In this document: positions 58,926-64,000 of the stretch, piece after piece
How positions within the stretch are numbered: the stretch's first letter is position 1
Layout: each line of letters begins with the position of its first letter
Assembly (NCBI GenBank): GCA_965199825.1
Contig: OZ241329.1
Coordinates: 2,208,001 to 2,272,000, forward strand
Source: Bdellovibrionales bacterium
GTDB taxonomy: Bacteria; Bdellovibrionota; Bdellovibrionia; Bdellovibrionales; UBA1609
DNA length: 64,000 nucleotides
Direction: 5' to 3'
Notes under the pieces: generated by a model
Seen by the model: the letters and a program-made list of their open reading frames with translations, nothing else
What the model was told of the DNA's origin: nothing
Databases searched by the model: none
Translations under genes and position numbers: made by a program

Positions 58926-60031
58926 TCGAGAAAAAACGAGCTGCGCTGGTATTCGACCCGCAACATTTTTGAAGCTTCTTGAAGAACTGCCGCAGCCGGA
59001 ACCGCAATCAGCAATCCTAAAAATCCAAACATATTTCCACCCACGATCAACGCCAATATCGTGGTCAGGGGATGAAGTCCCACTTTGTGGCCCACCAAAC
59101 GTGGAGTCACAACAAAGCTTTCGAGGGCTTGACCAAGAGCAAAGATCATCAAAACTGAAAACACATGTGACCATGATGAAAAACCCGAAAGCTCAATCAC
59201 CATTGCGGTCAATAAACCTGTGCCGTAACCCACATAAGGCACAATCACCAATAGACCCGTGCAGACGCCCACGATAAATCCAAATTTAAGGTGAACCACC
59301 AAAAGCCCAATTCCATAAAACGCGGCTAATATCAAAGCGGCTAAACTTTGCCCCAACAGATATCCACTTAAGATCTCATGCACACGTCTCGAGAGCGCTC
59401 GTAAACGAGGCCGAAAGCGCGGAGGCAACAAGTCATTTAGGCCAGTGCCGATCGACTCATAACTATGAACCAAGTAAGCAAAAAACAAAGGGATCAGAGC
59501 TAAATTTAAAACCATTAAAACAATCTGTAAAAGACTCGAAAAGGTATTGCGCAAAATGGGCGAGGCCATATTGAAAATATCTAGCGAGGAGCCGGGCAAA
59601 CTTTGCTTTAAGAGTTCGCGCACATCATCGCGGTGAATGGGCAGAGTCACATCATATTTTTGTGCAATCTCTTCGAGATGGGCAAACAGAGTGTCGATCT
59701 GTGCAGGCAGGGCATAGAGTAAATCTTTAAGCTCTCGAATCAGCATGGGGATTACAAAAATAAAAAATAAAGTGATCAATGTGAGGGCGACGAAAAACAC
59801 CAGCAAAACCGAAATCACTCGGGGAAGTCCCCAGCTTTCAAGCTTCAAGGTCATCGGTCGCAAAAGATAAGCTAAAATAAAACTGAGTAAAAGTGGTCGA
59901 AAGGCATCGCCGAGGCCATAGCCCAGCATAAACAAAAGTGCTACGCCAAACAGAGTAAACATGAAAATGGTGTTGGTCTTAGTCGAGCGAGTTTTTTGGA
60001 GCGGCTGAGTGATCATGTCTTGATGTGCCAC
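58922..60031 (-). CDS. AI-2E family transporter
   Basis: LAYLLRP, GYLLGQ, VPYVG, TPRLVG.KVGLHP, FGFLGLLIAVP. Confidence 0.9.
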   Translation of the reverse strand: MAHQDMITQPLQKTRSTKTNTIFMFTLFGVALLFMLGYGLGDAFRPLLLSFILAYLLRPMTLKLESWGLPRVISVLLVFFVALTLITLFFIFVIPMLIRELKDLLYALPAQIDTLFAHLEEIAQKYDVTLPIHRDDVRELLKQSLPGSSLDIFNMASPILRNTFSSLLQIVLMVLNLALIPLFFAYLVHSYESIGTGLNDLLPPRFRPRLRALSRRVHEILSGYLLGQSLAALILAAFYGIGLLVVHLKFGFIVGVCTGLLVIVPYVGYGTGLLTAMVIELSGFSSWSHVFSVLMIFALGQALESFVVTPRLVGHKVGLHPLTTILALIVGGNMFGFLGLLIAVPAAAVLQEASKMLRVEYQRSSFFLD

Positions 60032-60154
60032 ACAGTTTGTACAGGCGCAATGAGTTGCAGGTCCTAATCTCTAAAAATCTGCGCGCGGGTTTTGTTTTGA
60101 GCCGCGCACAGCTTTTTTAAGATTTTAATTTTTGAGAAGTTTAACTAAATACTT

Positions 60155-60493
60155 TTAGTAAGTTTTAACTGGCCAGCAACGGTTTGTTGCTTGGTAGTAT
60201 CCATATGTCCAAGCGGGATTTGCGCCAGCTTGAAGATTTGCTCCAACACACAAGCTAAGTGGTAAGCACTGATTGAAATCACAAGAATATGCTGTTCCTG
60301 CCCAGCACTGGGTTTGTTGTACGCAGCTCACTGTCCCTGTAGTATTTCCAGTTGACGACTGGTTACAGGTGTAAACGCCGTTCACTGTTTGGCAACCTTG
60401 AAAACCGTTGCTGTTGTTGTTGCCGCTTCCGCCGCAAGCACTCAAGACATAAGCTGCAGAAAGTAAAAGAGCTGTTTGTAGAATCGTTTTCAT
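60155..60493 (-). CDS. Small Cys-rich lipoprotein
   Basis: Lipobox LSAC; multiple Cys; GAGGGG RBS. Confidence 0.8.
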   Translation of the reverse strand: MKTILQTALLLSAAYVLSACGGSGNNNSNGFQGCQTVNGVYTCNQSSTGNTTGTVSCVQQTQCWAGTAYSCDFNQCLPLSLCVGANLQAGANPAWTYGYYQATNRCWPVKTY

Positions 60494-60535
60494 ATTTTTC
60501 CCCTCGTTTTTTTAAAACCTTATGCAGTCTTCATT

Positions 60536-60550
60536 ACAACGAGAGTGCCA
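60536..60550 (-). promoter_or_regulatory. Putative sigma54 promoter
   Basis: TGGCACTCTCGTTGT (TGGCAC-N5-TTGT) 43 nt upstream of start. Confidence 0.55.
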
Positions 60551-60727
60551 GCTGCGATTTTGTAAAGTGGCCGGTACACGTGTCCAAAGTGTAGACGTTT
60601 AAAAACATCGAGCGGTGAGGGGATGAAAAAAGATTTTTAGCGATCTGCGCGCTTGAGCCGACATCTGTCATTTCAGTGACCCAAAAGTGTCACTGAGCGC
60701 AATCAGAGTGTCTCATCTTGAAACGGT

Positions 60728-61414
60728 TTAGAGCTTAGTGAGCGGGGCAGTGAGCCAAGCACAAAAATCGGGTTGGGCCGCGATCAGCTCATCGTTTTGA
60801 CGTCGCGAAATGGAATGGTCCCGTTCTTTATTGAGCAAACCTAAAACGTTCGCTAATTGAAATTTTGCGTCTCGATGATGATATCCAAAGTTGATCAAAT
60901 TGACCAACGCAAGCTTGTTGTTCGGCTGAAAAATGAGATTTCTGACCGATTCAACCCTTAGAAGGGTGTTTTGAGGGAAAACTTGAAGGATAAGGCGATC
61001 TTGGTGTGCTGAATTTGGGGTAAACACTCCGGGAACCAAATTCGTCTCGATCCAAATGGAATGACTTAAAATCGCAAGTTCTTTGAGCGACCTTACCGGG
61101 CGCGCCACCTCTATTAAATAATACAGCGGACTCATGTCGGTTTGGGGGTTGTGATCATAGGCCAATGCGAATTGATAGGCTAAAACCGCTTCGTAAAATT
61201 GGCGATTTTCTTTAAAGATATTTCCCATTTCGATGGCTGCGAGAACGATTCGTCGGGATTCAGTAAGGAGAACCGAAGTCTTTTTGGCCAACGACTCGCT
61301 GTAGGAGGATTTGGCGATGTCGTGTTGTGCGGTTTGAATCACTTCTTGGTACATGGCAATTTTTGAAACAGATCCAAAAACGGTCGAACCAAAAAATATT
61401 AAAATCAACAACAT
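60728..61414 (-). CDS. Secreted hypothetical protein with TPR-like helix pair
   Basis: Signal peptide; MGNIFKENRQFYEAVLAYQFAL; ends FCAWLTAPLTKL. Confidence 0.6.
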   Translation of the reverse strand: MLLILIFFGSTVFGSVSKIAMYQEVIQTAQHDIAKSSYSESLAKKTSVLLTESRRIVLAAIEMGNIFKENRQFYEAVLAYQFALAYDHNPQTDMSPLYYLIEVARPVRSLKELAILSHSIWIETNLVPGVFTPNSAHQDRLILQVFPQNTLLRVESVRNLIFQPNNKLALVNLINFGYHHRDAKFQLANVLGLLNKERDHSISRRQNDELIAAQPDFCAWLTAPLTKL

Positions 61415-61453
61415 GGATAAATTGTGACGAGCCTTTTATCCATGTTCAACAAA

Positions 61454-62080
61454 TTATTTTTCGAGTTGGGCGTATTCGCTTTCCATAAATAAACTGGCGT
61501 TGCCACCTTTGGCGCGGATCCCATCAATAACCGTTTTGGCTTGGGCTGAACGTTTGTTGGCAATCAACATTTTAACATAGCTTTGGGTTACGGTTACTTG
61601 GAGGGCATCGACCTTTGAGGCGAGCACGCGCTCGTAATATTGCGAGGCTTGATCGATCATTCCGAGCTGTCCTAACACCTTGGCATAATCATAAGAAGCA
61701 TCCACACTCAATCCGCCAGAGCGAAAATAACTACCAAAAGAATTTGCCGACTCACGAAATTTTTGACGTTGCATCTGGATTTTACCGAGTTGGGTTAAAG
61801 CCTCAACTTGTGTTGTGGCTTCACTCTGAAGAGCACTCTCGGCACAGTCCAAGTTTTTTCTTTCAAGACATATTTTTGCCAGCTCATCGGCATCATGGGC
61901 ACTGAGCGAGGACATCATGCTTTTTATTTGCAAAGGTATGATAGACAAAAAATGACTGTCCCATTTGATTGCCTGGATAAAACAGAGAACCACCACTAAA
62001 GAAAGTGTCACGCTGACTTTTGAAAATCTCTTAAAAATTTCTCTTTCGGCCTGACGTTCATAATTAACAAACATAACCAC
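61454..62080 (-). CDS. Membrane-anchored TPR protein
   Basis: AAGGAG RBS; TM helix; LGKIQMQRQKFRESA, YAKVLGQLG..DQA..YYERVL. Confidence 0.75.
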   Translation of the reverse strand: MVMFVNYERQAEREIFKRFSKVSVTLSLVVVLCFIQAIKWDSHFLSIIPLQIKSMMSSLSAHDADELAKICLERKNLDCAESALQSEATTQVEALTQLGKIQMQRQKFRESANSFGSYFRSGGLSVDASYDYAKVLGQLGMIDQASQYYERVLASKVDALQVTVTQSYVKMLIANKRSAQAKTVIDGIRAKGGNASLFMESEYAQLEK

Positions 62081-62194
62081 TCTCCTTGTGAGTTCTTATT
62101 TAATGATAGAGCAACCTAGACGCCACCTTGCCTCGCTTTTGTTTTGGTTTTAAGCTTTTACAGTTTGAAAAAAACTCTTTTGAGGTGACAATTT

Positions 62195-63328
62195 TTGAGA
62201 GCGTCGTTGGTTTTAATCCTATTGTTTTTGGTTCATTGTGCAAGGTCTCCTTTAAAAAATGCGGATCAAGCCCTCAAACTTGTCACCAAAAAGATCACCC
62301 TAAAAGATGATCAAAACTTAGATTTGCTTAAAACCGCAATTGAGCAATCGGCCTTAGCTCTCGAAAAGAACGCGGGTGTGCTCAAATTTGGCTCGATGAC
62401 CATCTCCAAAGAGGTGTATGCGGCCCAGCTTAAAAATCTCTTAAAAGTGCCAAACGATCAGCTTGTCAGCGAAATTCAGAACCATTTTGATTTCTATGAG
62501 GTCTATGGTGAACGAAGGTTGGGCGAGGTCTTTGTGACCTCTTATTTTGAGCCGGTACTTGAGGCCTCAGTCAAACCCTCAAAGCGGCTCTCACAAGCCC
62601 TCTATCAGGCGCCAAAGGATTTGATCTCGATTGATTCCAAATCCTTTCATGAGCGATTCTCTTATTTTGATGATCAATTTAAACTGTCATTTTTAAAAGG
62701 GCGTTTGCTTCAGCCCGAGATGCGGCTTGTGCCCTTTTACAATCGAAAAGAGATCGATCAGGATTTAAATCTCAAAAACCAAAATCTTGAGATTGGCTAT
62801 GTGGATCCGGTGGATGCCTTTACGGTTCAAATTCAAGGGTCGGGCACCTTGATCTTTCAAAATCAAAAAAAAATCCGCATCGGTTACGCCAATCAAAATG
62901 GCTATCCCTATGTGGCCATCGGCAAATTTTTGCTCGACCGCATTCCGCTTGAAAAGATGACTCTGCAAACAATCGAAGCCGCACTTCACGACATGACAAA
63001 CCAAGAGCGCCAAGCGATCATGAACAAAAATCCATCTTATGTTTTTTTTAAAATTATGGATGGTGATCCCAAAACATTTTTTGGAATACCTGCGGTCGAG
63101 GGGCGAACGATCGCAACCGATCAACGCTATTTTCCAAAGGGCGCATTGGCTTTTTTGGATTTTCCGGCAAACGAAATACCATCTCGTCTGGTGATCGATG
63201 CCGACACGGGCGGTGCGATTAAGGGTGCGGGGCGTGTGGATCTTTTTGCAGGTCGCGGTGTTGAATCCAAAAAATTCGCAGGCCAAATTAAAAATCGGGG
63301 GCGACTCTACTATCTTGTCCCAAAATAA
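62195..63328 (+). CDS. mltA: Membrane-bound lytic murein transglycosylase A
   Basis: Lipobox-like LVHC; TSYFEP, IQGSG, NPSYVFF, DTGGAIKG..RVDLF.G.G. Confidence 0.92.
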   Translation: MRASLVLILLFLVHCARSPLKNADQALKLVTKKITLKDDQNLDLLKTAIEQSALALEKNAGVLKFGSMTISKEVYAAQLKNLLKVPNDQLVSEIQNHFDFYEVYGERRLGEVFVTSYFEPVLEASVKPSKRLSQALYQAPKDLISIDSKSFHERFSYFDDQFKLSFLKGRLLQPEMRLVPFYNRKEIDQDLNLKNQNLEIGYVDPVDAFTVQIQGSGTLIFQNQKKIRIGYANQNGYPYVAIGKFLLDRIPLEKMTLQTIEAALHDMTNQERQAIMNKNPSYVFFKIMDGDPKTFFGIPAVEGRTIATDQRYFPKGALAFLDFPANEIPSRLVIDADTGGAIKGAGRVDLFAGRGVESKKFAGQIKNRGRLYYLVPK

Positions 63329-63412
63329 AAGGGACAGCTCAGTCCTTATCCATAAAGACTGAGCTGCGGGGGTAGAGTGGGAGAGGGGGTAGATGCCGTC
63401 CATGACATCTGC
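63322..63412 (-). ncRNA. Candidate small RNA with two AUGGA-loop hairpins (Csr/Rsm-sponge-like)
   Basis: Hairpins AGAUGUC-AUGGAC-GGCAUCU and CAGCUCAGUCUUU-AUGGAU-AAGGACUGAGCUG, U-rich tail, upstream sigma54 motif. Confidence 0.55.
63335..63366. terminator. Stem-loop after mltA; probable terminator of the minus-strand sRNA, possibly bidirectional
   Basis: CAGCTCAGTC...GACTGAGCTG; U-rich tract on minus strand. Confidence 0.6.
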
Positions 63413-63423
63413 TAACCTATAGA

Positions 63424-63438
63424 GCAAGCGATGTGCCT
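63424..63438 (-). promoter_or_regulatory. sigma54 -24/-12 promoter
   Basis: AGGCACATCGCTTGC (GG-N10-GC); predicted +1 near 63412. Confidence 0.6.
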
Positions 63439-63648
63439 CAATGTTCGTTGAAAGTTTCAAAGACAATTTTTGTCGCTCAGCTGTACGGATTTCATTCAAT
63501 AAGCAACTGCGTGCTCAAGAATATTTGATCGCCAATTCCAAATGAAAAAATTTTGTTTCGAGGCTTGGGCGTTGGATTAAAAAAAATCCGATTCTGCCGC
63601 CCTTTGTCGGCATTTGACGCAAAGATCGTCACTCTCTAGGGTATGCCG

Positions 63649-64000
63649 ATGCAAACAGTTTTAACCGGGGTCAAACCCACAGGTCAGCCCCATATCGGAA
63701 ATTACTTAGGTGCGATCAAACCCGCCCTGTCATTTCAAAGCACCACACATACTTTTTTGTTTATTGCCGACTACCACTCACTCACCGCTGCAACCCAACC
63801 CAAGGAGCTCAATGCTTGGGTGTATGAGTTGGCGGCCACGTGGATTGCTTGTGGTCTTGATCCCGAGCAAACGGTGTTTTATCGCCAAAGCGATATCCCT
63901 GAAAATTTTGAGCTCTATTGGGTTTTAAGTTGCCTTTCATCTAAGGGCTTAATGAACCGCGCCCACGCATACAAAGCCAAGGTCCAAGAAAATGTTGAGG
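63649..64000 (+). CDS. trpS: Tryptophanyl-tRNA synthetase (5' part, runs off window; absent from ORF track)
   Basis: MQTVLTGVKPTGQPHIGNYLGAI...FIADYHSLT...FYRQSDIPE. Confidence 0.95.
   Translation, partial: MQTVLTGVKPTGQPHIGNYLGAIKPALSFQSTTHTFLFIADYHSLTAATQPKELNAWVYELAATWIACGLDPEQTVFYRQSDIPENFELYWVLSCLSSKGLMNRAHAYKAKVQENVE

Noticed and set aside
63324..63339. AATAAAAGGGACAGCT as another IS-end remnant
   Set aside because: Several mismatches and a gap relative to the IR; explained by the mltA stop and hairpin
62765..63499. 244-aa minus-strand ORF
   Set aside because: Antisense shadow of mltA with no recognisable motifs; the region is better explained by mltA plus the sRNA candidate
63710..63928. 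72-aa plus-strand ORF
   Set aside because: Out-of-frame overlap with the clearly recognisable trpS

Overview
Bacterial chromosomal window, most likely a Bdellovibrionota-like predatory bacterium. That assignment is inferred from FQNC/NGC-type lipoproteins, a vWA lipoprotein, many unrelated secreted hypotheticals and sigma28-type promoters. 1-21.6 kb is an accessory tract downstream of tRNA-Asp(GTC). It holds two ~450-bp direct repeats that begin with the reverse complement of the tRNA 3' end, two large repeat-rich surface proteins, a secreted eukaryote-like protein-arginine deiminase, a signal-peptide-bearing MutS-like ATPase and three tandem paralogous membrane proteins. Several of these proteins share a terminal C-x-x-[LM]-L motif. 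21.6-33.6 kb is a signalling block of three hybrid kinases plus a bacteriophytochrome-RR-kinase-heme oxygenase operon. 33.6-64 kb is mostly housekeeping: SNF2 helicase, ndvA-like and SbmA/ABCD-like ABC pair, KamA/EpmB, parvulin, aguAB, astacin, plsC, CNNM, MarC, slyD, mltA and the 5' part of trpS. This part also contains an IS1/IS1595-like element, a zinc-less carbonic-anhydrase lipoprotein and a candidate sigma54-driven small RNA with two AUGGA loops. All calls come from motif recognition by eye; no searches were run.
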